Notes under the pieces: generated by a model
Databases searched by the model: none
What the model was told of the DNA's origin: nothing
The model's input: the letters and a program-made list of their open reading frames with translations, nothing else
Position numbers and translations under genes: made by a program
Source: a virus
Lineage: Duplodnaviria; Caudoviricetes
Length of the DNA stretch: 53,698 nt
Strand: one strand, 5' to 3'
Virus record (IMG/VR): IMGVR_UViG_3300028802_000020
Location: 1-53,698 of that record
In this document: in pieces, positions 17,001 through 25,849 of the stretch
Layout: the number at the start of each line of letters is the position of its first letter
Numbering within the stretch: position 1 is the stretch's first letter

Positions 17001-17402
17001 ATGACCGCCGTCACGCTCATTCCACGCGGTCGGGTAGCAGCCGAACGAGACATGATCGACACCTGCACCGTGCGGCGGGCCAGTGGTTCGTCCGCCGACC
17101 CTGAGACCGGTGTCATCAGCGCAGGACATACGACGGTCTACTCGGGCAAATGCAAGGTGCAGCAAACCACGCCGGCTGCAACCCCGACGGTCGTCGGCGA
17201 GGCCGAGGTGTTCATCGGCCAGATGCAACTGCACCTGCCGGTGTCGACCGCCTCGGCTGGCGTCGCTCCCGGTGACGTCGTCACGATCGACACCTGCGTC
17301 CTGGATGCCTCGCTCGTCGGCAAGAAGTTCAAGTTGCGTGGGCCGGCACACAAGTCCTTCGCCACCGCACGCCGCTTCCCCGCCACGGAGGTGAGCGGCT
17401 AG
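17001..17402 (+). CDS. head-to-tail stopper (DUF6093-like)
   Basis: GGAGG RBS; MIDTCTVRR..DPETG..VYSGKCKVQ..LHLPV..TARR. Confidence 0.75.
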   Translation: MTAVTLIPRGRVAAERDMIDTCTVRRASGSSADPETGVISAGHTTVYSGKCKVQQTTPAATPTVVGEAEVFIGQMQLHLPVSTASAGVAPGDVVTIDTCVLDASLVGKKFKLRGPAHKSFATARRFPATEVSG

Positions 17403-17833
17403 TGGGAGCCAAGACGGTCGGCTGGAAAGAGATCGGCGACGACATGCACACCGCGTCCGAGCGGGTCGTCGAGGACGGTAAGAAGGTCGTCGGCGCAGGC
17501 TGCTTGCAGATCAAGAAACAGGCGCGGCGGATCATCGAGGCGAACACCCCGCACGGCTACCTGGTGCACTACAAGAAGGACTTCTCGTACGACGTCACCG
17601 CGCACGCCACGGACATCATCGGAGAAGTCGGACCCGACGCGAACAAGCCGCAAGGCGGCCTCGCTCGGATCATCGAGTACGGCAGCATCAACTCGGCGCC
17701 GATCCCACATTTGAGCCCGAGCCTCGACGCCGAAGCGCCGAGGTTCGCGCGGTACGTCGCCGAGCTCGGCCAGAAGCTGCTCAACGGCCAGCCCGGGCCT
17801 GACGGTCCGGCCACGGATCCGGGCGGCGGGTAG
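17402..17833 (+). CDS. neck protein (HK97 gp10-like)
   Basis: EVGPD..IIEYGS..AP.PHL.P motif, synteny. Confidence 0.7.
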   Translation: MGAKTVGWKEIGDDMHTASERVVEDGKKVVGAGCLQIKKQARRIIEANTPHGYLVHYKKDFSYDVTAHATDIIGEVGPDANKPQGGLARIIEYGSINSAPIPHLSPSLDAEAPRFARYVAELGQKLLNGQPGPDGPATDPGGG

Positions 17834-18288
17834 TGACCGACGGCTTCGACATCGCCCTCGTCAACGGCGGCCTGGCGCTGCTCACCGCCGATGCGTCCTT
17901 GGTCGTCTACCCCGGCGGCGCGCCGCAGCCCATCCCGCCGGCGCCGCCGATCCCGCCGCCGTACGTGGCCGTGTACTCGGTCGTCGAATGGCCGTTCGGG
18001 AACGCCGACGCGCTCGACGGAATCGCGGGAACACCGACGGTCCGGTGGATCTGCCACTGCATCGGCGGCGGTCCTGACGCCTCACCCGCCGACGCCGACC
18101 AGGCCGCCCGCGCGGTCGCGCAGCGCGTGCGGACAGCCCTGCTCAACAAGCGGCTCGTCATCGCCGGCCTCAACCTCGGCATCATCCGCCAGGAGTCCGG
18201 CGGCGGTGTACCGCAGCAGCCCGTCTACCAGACCGGCGACCCGGTCATGGACCTCACCGTCGTCTACCGCACCATCGCCGGCACCTGA
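17833..18288 (+). CDS. tail terminator
   Basis: PPYVAVY motif, position before the tail tube gene. Confidence 0.65.
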   Translation: MTDGFDIALVNGGLALLTADASLVVYPGGAPQPIPPAPPIPPPYVAVYSVVEWPFGNADALDGIAGTPTVRWICHCIGGGPDASPADADQAARAVAQRVRTALLNKRLVIAGLNLGIIRQESGGGVPQQPVYQTGDPVMDLTVVYRTIAGT

Positions 18289-18336
18289 GTTTCCCCCGCC
18301 TCAAGCGGCGGTCCCTTCACAAGGAGGTACGCCGCT

Positions 18337-18675
18337 ATGGCGGCTCTTACGTCTGTATCCATCACAAACCTCGGCGGCACACCCGCACCGGTGGCCGTGT
18401 CCGCGTCGGACACGATCGCCGCGACGCAGTTCGGATCGGCCGGCGTCATCCTGCGGGTCATCAACGCCGGCGGCTCACCGGATGTCGTCGGGGTCACCGA
18501 CCCGAACCTGACCGTCATCGGCGGCACCGGCACCGTCGCGGGCGTTTCGGTGCCGGCCACGACCGGCATCCGCATGATCCTGATCCCGATCGCGGCGGTC
18601 AACCAGGCCACCCAGGTCGCGACGGTGACGCACACGTTCACGACCACCGTGACCTGCGAAGTTTACCGGTATTAG
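18337..18675 (+). CDS. hypothetical virion protein
   Basis: AAGGAGG RBS; LRVINAGGS..VSVPA motif. Confidence 0.6.
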   Translation: MAALTSVSITNLGGTPAPVAVSASDTIAATQFGSAGVILRVINAGGSPDVVGVTDPNLTVIGGTGTVAGVSVPATTGIRMILIPIAAVNQATQVATVTHTFTTTVTCEVYRY

Positions 18676-18678
18676 CCG

Positions 18679-18921
18679 ATGACGACCTTCGCCGTGATCC
18701 GGCACCCCGAGACAGGCGGGCTGGGCATCGTGCCCGCCTCCGCCCTGGACATGCAGCGCGCCCACGGCTGGATCCGCGTGTCCGACTTCCGCGCCGAGCC
18801 CGCCGACTTCCACCTGCCCGAATTCGCCGACTCGACTACCGACCTCGACGCCGGACCCGAACCCGGACCCGAACCCAAGGCCGCCAAGAAGGCCACGACG
18901 ACCAAGGAGCACACCGCATGA
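18679..18921 (+). CDS. hypothetical protein
   Basis: IRHPETG..GW motif, coupled to the tail tube gene. Confidence 0.6.
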   Translation: MTTFAVIRHPETGGLGIVPASALDMQRAHGWIRVSDFRAEPADFHLPEFADSTTDLDAGPEPGPEPKAAKKATTTKEHTA

Positions 18922-19421
18922 GCGTCGTCATCATGGACGGCCGGGTCAAGGTCATCTGGATGACCGCCTGTTCGAACATCGCGTTGCCCACCACCACCGA
19001 ACTCAACGCCGGCACCGACCTGACCACCTACATCACCCCCGACGGTCTCGACATCTCGATGACCACCGGCAAGGTCGACGTCGGCAACGTGGGCTCCACC
19101 TACACCCTCAACCGGGTCGGCCGGCGCTCGCCGACCATCTCGCTGACCTGCCACCACGACGCGACGAGCGGCTCCACGGATCCCGCGTGGAACCTGCTCG
19201 TCTACCGTGCGGTCGGCTTCCTCGCCGTCCGGGAAGGTGTGCTCACGGCCACCGCATGGACCACAGGGCAGGGTGCGGGTGGCACCACCGGCAGTCTGCG
19301 GATCTTCCCGGTGGAATGCGCCGAATACAACGGCGAGAAGCCGGCCCCCGATACCTCGTGGGACTTCAGCGTGGATCTGACCGTCTACCTCGACCCGAAC
19401 CAGCGCTCCGTGGTCGCCTAG
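18918..19421 (+). CDS. major tail (tube) protein
   Basis: DGRVKVIW..I..PT..ELNAGTDLT.YITPDG motif typical of actinophage tail tube proteins. Confidence 0.8.
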   Translation: MSVVIMDGRVKVIWMTACSNIALPTTTELNAGTDLTTYITPDGLDISMTTGKVDVGNVGSTYTLNRVGRRSPTISLTCHHDATSGSTDPAWNLLVYRAVGFLAVREGVLTATAWTTGQGAGGTTGSLRIFPVECAEYNGEKPAPDTSWDFSVDLTVYLDPNQRSVVA

Positions 19422-19433
19422 GACGTCAGCGCC

Positions 19434-20123
19434 TTAGGGAATCGTCCAGAAGCCCTGATTCTCGGAGCTGCGTCCGCCCTCCCGCAACTCGATGCGGCCT
19501 CCGGTCTGGGCTGCTTGCGGGATGTCGAACACCACGACCCCGGACGCCTTCTGCCCGCGGTTGAGGTCGAGTGCGTCCAGACCTCCGTCGACCTGGTAGC
19601 CGCTTCCCTCGTAGGCGGTGCCGTCCTTGGCGATGAGGGCGAAGTCGCAGGCACACACGTATGTCGTACCGCCGACCACCTCGACGGACACCTTGATGCC
19701 GTAGAGCACGCCTTTCTCGGGCTTCGTTCCGTACTTCGTCTTGGTGTAGACCTTGTCGGCCGTGACTACGTAACGGACCTCACCGCCGGCGCTGTCGGTA
19801 ACAACGAGAGTCTCACCGAATGCCACCGAGATGTCTTGTGGAGCCGGGGGGCTGTACGGCGCGACCGGGGAGTAGGACGGCGTCGGGCTCACCGACGCCG
19901 CGGCTGGGGACGCCGCCCTGTCGGTGCCGCGGCCGGCCATCACGGCGACCGTGCCGCCGAGCAGTACAACCAATGCGCCGAGGCCAGCGGTTGCACCGAT
20001 CAGTAATTTGTGGCCGCTTTTCGGCGTCTGCGGAGCGTCGGCCGCGGACACGGCCGGGCCGCTCGCCGCGATATCGGCCGGCCCTGGCACGTAGGGGATG
20101 AACGGGGGCGGGGTGTCGGTCAT
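19434..20123 (-). CDS. membrane-anchored DUF4352-like extracytoplasmic protein
   Basis: single TM helix, Ser/Pro linker, DF.L...DG..Y, L.RGQKASG.VVFDIP motif. Confidence 0.7.
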   Translation of the reverse strand: MTDTPPPFIPYVPGPADIAASGPAVSAADAPQTPKSGHKLLIGATAGLGALVVLLGGTVAVMAGRGTDRAASPAAASVSPTPSYSPVAPYSPPAPQDISVAFGETLVVTDSAGGEVRYVVTADKVYTKTKYGTKPEKGVLYGIKVSVEVVGGTTYVCACDFALIAKDGTAYEGSGYQVDGGLDALDLNRGQKASGVVVFDIPQAAQTGGRIELREGGRSSENQGFWTIP

Positions 20124-20204
20124 GCCGAGCAGTGTGGCGCAGTGACGCCAACATCACCCTCCGCCGATCAGATACCCGGTTCCGCAACTTGCACGACCAA
20201 AGCG

Positions 20205-20274
20205 GGAAGCCGGGCTCGGTGGCCCTTGCCCGGCTTCCTCCAGTTATCAAGGGCCACACGATGAAGGGCCACAC
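20205..20274 (+). promoter_or_regulatory. hairpin with loop complementary to a duplicated RBS (pseudoknot-like leader)
   Basis: 11-bp stem 20205-15/20228-38; loop GTGGCCCTT pairs with AAGGGCCAC at 20249 and 20264. Confidence 0.5.
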
Positions 20275-20565
20275 ATGCCGAACCCAAGCCTGTCCACCAT
20301 GGAAGAGCTGTACGATCACGTCCTCGACTGGCTCATCGCCAACGGCATCGACCCGAAGCGCATCCCAGCCGACCCGCACATGACCCTCTACGGTGACCAG
20401 CTCACCACCGACCAGAAGGTCCTCGGCTCGAACGGCAAAGACCAACTCGACCCGGCGAACCTGGACACGATCGCGCGGGAGACTGTCACCTACACGATCA
20501 CCGTCCCCCCGCCGCTGGACGTCGCCACCTGGCTCCTGCCCCGCTGTCCGACCTGCGGGCGGTGA
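20275..20565 (+). CDS. hypothetical protein with C-terminal CxxC
   Basis: WLIANGIDP..IP motif; CPTCGR end. Confidence 0.65.
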   Translation: MPNPSLSTMEELYDHVLDWLIANGIDPKRIPADPHMTLYGDQLTTDQKVLGSNGKDQLDPANLDTIARETVTYTITVPPPLDVATWLLPRCPTCGR

Positions 20566-21227
20566 CCGGCGTGACCACAGCCAAGCGTCGTCCGGCTAAG
20601 CCGAAGCCGTCCGACATCGAGTCGATCATCGACGAGGTCGAAACCCCCGAGACCAGCGTCACCCTGTGCCTAAGAGCCTCGCTCGTCGCCGAGCATGAGC
20701 GGCTCTCTGCGCAACTCGACGGCATGACGCTCGACCCGATCAACCTGGCCGGCGACGGACCGGGCAGAGAGGTCGCCAGTCGGCTGACGGAGTTGCGCGA
20801 GCAGATGATCGCCCACAATCGGGCGTTCCGGTTCCGGGCCGTCACGCCTCGAGGCGCCTGGCGGACGCTGGCCGGGAAACGACCGGTCAAGACTGCGGAC
20901 CTCGACGACGAGCAATACGCCGAGCTGTATCACGGCTGGGTATGCCTGATCGTCTCGTCGTCGGCGATCGACCCGGTGATGAGCCCGGAGCAGGTGGAAC
21001 GCCTCGCCGACAAACTCTCCAACGGGCAGTGGCAGCAACTCGCCAACGCCGCCTGGACGGTCAACGACGACGCGCAGGGTATCCCTTTCTCCGCCGCCGC
21101 CTCCGTGCTTTCCCGGAGCTCCGGCGAGAAGTCGAAGCAGCCCGAGCAGTCCGGCAACCCCACTCACGGCTCCTTGGCCGGGAACCCCGAACCATCACCG
21201 AGCACGAATATGACGGAGATCGACTGA
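20562..21227 (+). CDS. tail assembly chaperone (G-like)
   Basis: position before the tape measure gene; FRFRAV..W..L, LSNGQWQQL..AAW.VN. Confidence 0.75.
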   Translation: MTGVTTAKRRPAKPKPSDIESIIDEVETPETSVTLCLRASLVAEHERLSAQLDGMTLDPINLAGDGPGREVASRLTELREQMIAHNRAFRFRAVTPRGAWRTLAGKRPVKTADLDDEQYAELYHGWVCLIVSSSAIDPVMSPEQVERLADKLSNGQWQQLANAAWTVNDDAQGIPFSAAASVLSRSSGEKSKQPEQSGNPTHGSLAGNPEPSPSTNMTEID

Positions 21228-21490
21228 TCCGTTCGGTCGCCACGTCGGAGCCGATGTGGACCGACGAAGATCGCGACCTTCTCCTCGCGCTCCTGGCCGA
21301 GGAGCGCGAGGAATGCTCCGGCTGCGGGAACCCGCTGGAGATCTCCACCGACCCTGCAACGCAACGGACCTGGGAAGTGCACCGCATCACCTGCGAGGCA
21401 TGCCGGGTGCTCGAGGCCGAGGTCGGCAACGACGCCGGAGCGAAGTCGCCGAAGCGTGGCGTCCGATACGCGGTCCGCCGCACGACCTGA
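21083..21490 (+). CDS. tail assembly chaperone -1 frameshift extension (GT-like)
   Basis: slippery heptamer C CCT TTC at 21083-21089 in X XXY YYZ register; -1 frame open to 21490 with WTDEDR..CSGCG..C.AC. Confidence 0.7.
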   Translation, partial: PFLRRRLRAFPELRREVEAARAVRQPHSRLLGREPRTITEHEYDGDRLIRSVATSEPMWTDEDRDLLLALLAEEREECSGCGNPLEISTDPATQRTWEVHRITCEACRVLEAEVGNDAGAKSPKRGVRYAVRRTT

Positions 21491-21504
21491 TCGGGGGGGA
21501 CGTT

Positions 21505-23673
21505 GTGGCCGACCGCACCGCATCCGTCGCACTGAAACTGGAAGCCGGGCAGTTCAAGTCCGAGGCTCTCATCGTCGAGAAGAAGATCGGCGACGTCGAC
21601 AGCAAGGTCGAGAAACTCGACAGGGACATCACAAAAATTCCAGCAGACGCGGCCCGAGCGGCTGTATCGATGAAGCTGCTCGGCGGTGACGTCGGATCGG
21701 TCGACGACAAGATCTCTTCGCTCGGCGAGAAGAATGTCGGTCTGGCGACGTTGGACGCGAAGATCCGCACGTCCCGCAGTGAGGTCCGGAAACTCGCGGA
21801 CGAATTCGTCAAAACTGGCGATATCGATGTATTCCGGAAACTCGGCAACGCCGAGGGGCATCTGCGTGGCCTGACCGAAGTCCGCAAGAAACTGGCCAGC
21901 ACGCTGGTCGACGGCGTCGAGGACGCCGCCCGAGTCATCCCCAAGGAACTGGCGAAGACCGGCGTCCAGGCTGGGCAGGAGACTGCGAAGTCGTTCTCAG
22001 CGGGCTTCCAGGGCATCCTGTCCACGCCGCTGCTCGGCCCGGCGGTCATCGCCGCCCTCATCGCTGCTGCTCTTCCGGTCGTCGGTGCCCTCACGGCCGC
22101 TATCGGCGGCGCGCTGGGGCTCGGCGGCGCGGTCGGCGGCGCTGGCCTGGGTCTCGCCGGCGCCTGGATGGGCGACCCGCAGAAGTACGGGGCGTTGTGG
22201 AGCAAGTCCATCGACGGCATCCAGCAGCGGTGGATGAGGTCGTCGGCGGCATTCGGCAACGAACTCGAGGATGCCCTCAAGATCGTTGACAGGACGCTGC
22301 GGGACCTGCCCATCGAACGCATCCTGGCGATCTCGCAGGGTTTCGTCGGGCCGCTTGCCGGCGGTATCGGTGCGGGTATCACCGCGGCGGTCGACGGGTT
22401 CGCCGACGCCCTGGCCAGGGCTCAGCCGATCGTCGACAAGGTCGCGCCGGCGCTCGCCAACCTGGGTCACGACCTCGGCGACTCGATCCGGATCATCAGC
22501 ATGGGCTCCAAACAGGGCGGCGATGCACTGTCCGACCTGATCGGTGTGATCGGCTACGTGACCAAGGCCGTCAGCCTGCTGGTCCTCGGATTCGAGTTGG
22601 CCTACGGAGCGGTGCGCGACTTCGCGACCGAAGCCAACAGCACAGCCCATTCCGTGCCCGTCCTGGGCAGTGCCCTCGACTACATAAACGAGAAGCTGTA
22701 CCACATCGGGGTGACGGGGGTCACCGCGGGCATGGCGCTCGACGACCTCGGCGCGTCAGCGTCAGCGTCGTCTGTCGCGTCGAATGCGGCTGCAGCCTCG
22801 GCCCGCGGGATGGGCAACGCCCTGGATGAGTTGCGGCAGAAGGCTTTCGCCGCTGCCGACGCCAACCTTGCCCTTGCGCAGGGCTGGTTCGATCTTGAGA
22901 AGGAACTCGAAAACGGCAAGCGCGTCCTCAATGACAACTCGGAGGCTGGCGTCGCCAATGAAAAGGCAGTCCTTTCCCAGATTGAGGCGGCCGACAAGGC
23001 GCGGCGTCAACAGATCGAACTCGCTGGCGGGGTCAACGCGTCGACCGAGGCGATCGCGAACGCCAACGCCGAGTATGACCGGAACATCGCCAAGATCCGG
23101 GCGACGGCACTCGCGCTTGGCTACACGAAGGCCGAGGTCGACCGGTACATCGCCAGCGTCGTGGGCATTCCGCCGGCGGCGGAAACGAAGATCACGACGC
23201 CCGGCATGTTCGACGCGCTGACGGCCGCGGCCCGCCTCAGCGCGACACTGGGCGGCCTCGACCGCACCTACTCCCCGCACGTCGCCATCTCTGGCATGGG
23301 CGCGGCGCTGGCCGACGCAGCCCGCCTCGCGGCCACCCTGTCCCGCGCTGGGCAGTCGCGGGACAACGGTCGCGCGCTGGGCGGTCCGGTCTCGGCTGGC
23401 GTGCCGTACGTCGTCGGCGACGGTGGGCGCCCAGAGGTGTTCGTCCCGGACACCAACGGGACGATCATCCCGAGTGTTGGCCAGTACGCCAGCATGCAGC
23501 AAGGCGGATTCGGGGGCTGGCGTCAGATGGGCAGCAGTGGAGGCGGCGGCGGAGTGCAGACGGTCCATCACGTCGTCGACATCGTGGGTCACGGTGAGCT
23601 GATCCGCCGGGTCATCATCGCCGATGCCGCGAACCGTGGTCAGTCGGTCGAGACGTTCTTGGGTATCGGCTGA
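21505..23673 (+). CDS. tape measure protein
   Basis: about 722 aa Ala/Gly-rich helical protein; C-terminal RALGGPV..G.PYVVGDGGRPEVFVP motif. Confidence 0.85.
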   Translation: MADRTASVALKLEAGQFKSEALIVEKKIGDVDSKVEKLDRDITKIPADAARAAVSMKLLGGDVGSVDDKISSLGEKNVGLATLDAKIRTSRSEVRKLADEFVKTGDIDVFRKLGNAEGHLRGLTEVRKKLASTLVDGVEDAARVIPKELAKTGVQAGQETAKSFSAGFQGILSTPLLGPAVIAALIAAALPVVGALTAAIGGALGLGGAVGGAGLGLAGAWMGDPQKYGALWSKSIDGIQQRWMRSSAAFGNELEDALKIVDRTLRDLPIERILAISQGFVGPLAGGIGAGITAAVDGFADALARAQPIVDKVAPALANLGHDLGDSIRIISMGSKQGGDALSDLIGVIGYVTKAVSLLVLGFELAYGAVRDFATEANSTAHSVPVLGSALDYINEKLYHIGVTGVTAGMALDDLGASASASSVASNAAAASARGMGNALDELRQKAFAAADANLALAQGWFDLEKELENGKRVLNDNSEAGVANEKAVLSQIEAADKARRQQIELAGGVNASTEAIANANAEYDRNIAKIRATALALGYTKAEVDRYIASVVGIPPAAETKITTPGMFDALTAAARLSATLGGLDRTYSPHVAISGMGAALADAARLAATLSRAGQSRDNGRALGGPVSAGVPYVVGDGGRPEVFVPDTNGTIIPSVGQYASMQQGGFGGWRQMGSSGGGGGVQTVHHVVDIVGHGELIRRVIIADAANRGQSVETFLGIG

Positions 23674-25025
23674 TGGCCTGGCTCTACGACTACACCCGCG
23701 TCGAAATCCGCAACGCCGCCGGGGACTGGGTCGACGTCACCGTCTACGTCCGGCCCAACCGGGTGGAGGTCCGGTCGACCCGGGGCCGTGACACCGAACT
23801 CGACCGCACCGGAGTCCCCGGCCAACTGACGATGGGGTTGGACAACGCGTCCGGGATCTTCACCCCGGGCCTGTCGACGGCCCCGTTGCAGATCACGTTG
23901 GGGATGCCGGTCCGGGTCACCGACGTCATCGGCTACAAGTCGTTCAGATGGTTCACCGGCACGTTCGAGATGCCGGACACGGTCGAGGACCTTGAGGGTG
24001 TCGACAACGTCATCGTCGTCACCGCAGTGGACCGCAAGCAGCTCCTCGACAACGGCCGGACGTTCATCTCCACCCTGTCCGAGCAGGTCCGCTACACCGG
24101 CGGGTCGAACCTCGTCGCGTTCTGGCCGCTGGGCGAGGCCTCAACCGAGGTGGCTGCGGTCGGGGTCCAGGGGACTGAGCCGCCGCTGGCCTACTCCACG
24201 TCCGACTTCGTGTCGGTCGGCTCGGGCGTCGGGCCACCCGGTGACGAACTGCGGGTCCCGGTGTTCGTCGATGCGGGTGTGGCGACACCGAATTCGCCGA
24301 TGGCTTCCGGGACGTGGGAGACGGCGAACCGGATCAACCTCACCAGCACGGACACGGTGACGATCGCCGTATGGGTGAGACCCGACACCGCTGCCGCCGG
24401 GATCACGACCGTCGACCTGTTGAAGTTCTCCGGCACCGGCGATGTGTTCCTCGGCCTCGACTACACCGCGGTGCTGCCTGTGTGGAATGCAGGTGCGGTC
24501 ATCGGCGGGTGGGGTCCGATCGCCGGGGTCGCCGGCCCTGCGGGCTCGGTGGGGTCGTGGACGCTGGTCGCGCTGCGGTTCGGCCTGCGTGACCTTCAGG
24601 ATCTGTGGGTCGGGACCGCGACGGCGTCCCTGTCGTTCGGCGGCGGCGCCCCTGGGTCGGCGTTCTTCAACACGCTGCAACTGTCGCCGCTGACGCACTG
24701 GTCGGGGTTGATCGGCCAGGTGCAGATCTACCTCAACGGCTACACCTACGCCCAGCACCTCGAGCAGCTCCGGCAGGGCTTCCAAGGTCTGGCCTATCAG
24801 CGCACCGACGAGCGGATCGCGACGATCCTCCGCTACGCCTCCCCGACCACTGCGATCCCGGCGGCGCTCGACGAGGGCGCCACGTTCATGCAGCAGGCAA
24901 GTCTGGCCGGCCGGAAACCCGGCGACCTGCTCGACGAGGCCGTTGCTACGGAACGTGGCCGGCTGTTCGTCGACCCCGCCGGCATCACCCGGTTCCATGC
25001 GCGCACGCGTGCCTACAACCTCTGA
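23673..25025 (+). CDS. minor tail protein (hub N-terminal part) with LamG-like domain
   Basis: WVDVT.YVR..RGR..E..GQL...LDN..G.FTP; AFWPLGE LamG-like insert; ERGRLFVD..G..F. Confidence 0.7.
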   Translation: MAWLYDYTRVEIRNAAGDWVDVTVYVRPNRVEVRSTRGRDTELDRTGVPGQLTMGLDNASGIFTPGLSTAPLQITLGMPVRVTDVIGYKSFRWFTGTFEMPDTVEDLEGVDNVIVVTAVDRKQLLDNGRTFISTLSEQVRYTGGSNLVAFWPLGEASTEVAAVGVQGTEPPLAYSTSDFVSVGSGVGPPGDELRVPVFVDAGVATPNSPMASGTWETANRINLTSTDTVTIAVWVRPDTAAAGITTVDLLKFSGTGDVFLGLDYTAVLPVWNAGAVIGGWGPIAGVAGPAGSVGSWTLVALRFGLRDLQDLWVGTATASLSFGGGAPGSAFFNTLQLSPLTHWSGLIGQVQIYLNGYTYAQHLEQLRQGFQGLAYQRTDERIATILRYASPTTAIPAALDEGATFMQQASLAGRKPGDLLDEAVATERGRLFVDPAGITRFHARTRAYNL

Positions 25026-25033
25026 GGAGCACC

Positions 25034-25846
25034 GTGGCGATCTCCACCCTGGATCAGCTCGTCGCCGGCCTGGTCGGCTACCCGACCGACCTGCTCAAGG
25101 ACACCGGCACGGCGGAGGCGGCCGGTGTCCGGCACTCCCTCTGGTACACGACCGGCACCCCCGGTGCGGGTGCTGCACCGTCGTCGGGCCTGGCGGGTGG
25201 CACGCACTCGGGCACGGTGACCGGGCAGGTCCCGATCCCGGCAGCATCGAACCAGACGTACCTCGCCAGGCTGGAGATGGCGCAGACCGGCAACATCGGC
25301 CGGGTCGAAATCTACGACCGGCTGTGGACGAACTCGGGCTTCACGATCACGACCACGACCGGGCAGACCGTCAACTCGGTCGCGTTCCCGGCCCGGGACT
25401 CGTCGGCGAGCACCAACGGTGCCGACGTCCGGGTCGCGATCGAGGTGTCATCGGCAACCGGCAACGGCGGTGCCGTCACCAACACCACGCTCACCTACAC
25501 CAACTCGGCCGGCACCGGGTCGAAGACCGGCACGATCGCCAGCTTCCCGGCCACTGCGGTTGCCGGGACGTTCGTGCCGTTCTCCCTCGCCGCCGGCGAC
25601 ATCGGGGTCCGGTCGATCCAAACCCTGACATTGGGCACGTCCTACGTGTCCGGGACGATCCACCTCGTCGCCTACCGGCTCATCGCCTCGATCCCCACCC
25701 CGACCGCGAACATCGCCGCCATGTCCAACTGGACCCAGTTGGGGCTGCCGAAAATCTGGGACAACAGCGTCCTGTGGCCCGTCGTCCTGCCGACCGGCAC
25801 GGCACTCGGCGCGCTGGTCGGGTCGCTGACCTATGCGCAGGGCTGA
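25034..25846 (+). CDS. minor tail/virion protein
   Basis: GAGGAG RBS before GTG; YDRLW.NSG, YTNSAG, LAAGD.GVRSIQ. Confidence 0.65.
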   Translation: MAISTLDQLVAGLVGYPTDLLKDTGTAEAAGVRHSLWYTTGTPGAGAAPSSGLAGGTHSGTVTGQVPIPAASNQTYLARLEMAQTGNIGRVEIYDRLWTNSGFTITTTTGQTVNSVAFPARDSSASTNGADVRVAIEVSSATGNGGAVTNTTLTYTNSAGTGSKTGTIASFPATAVAGTFVPFSLAAGDIGVRSIQTLTLGTSYVSGTIHLVAYRLIASIPTPTANIAAMSNWTQLGLPKIWDNSVLWPVVLPTGTALGALVGSLTYAQG

Positions 25847-25849
25847 CCG

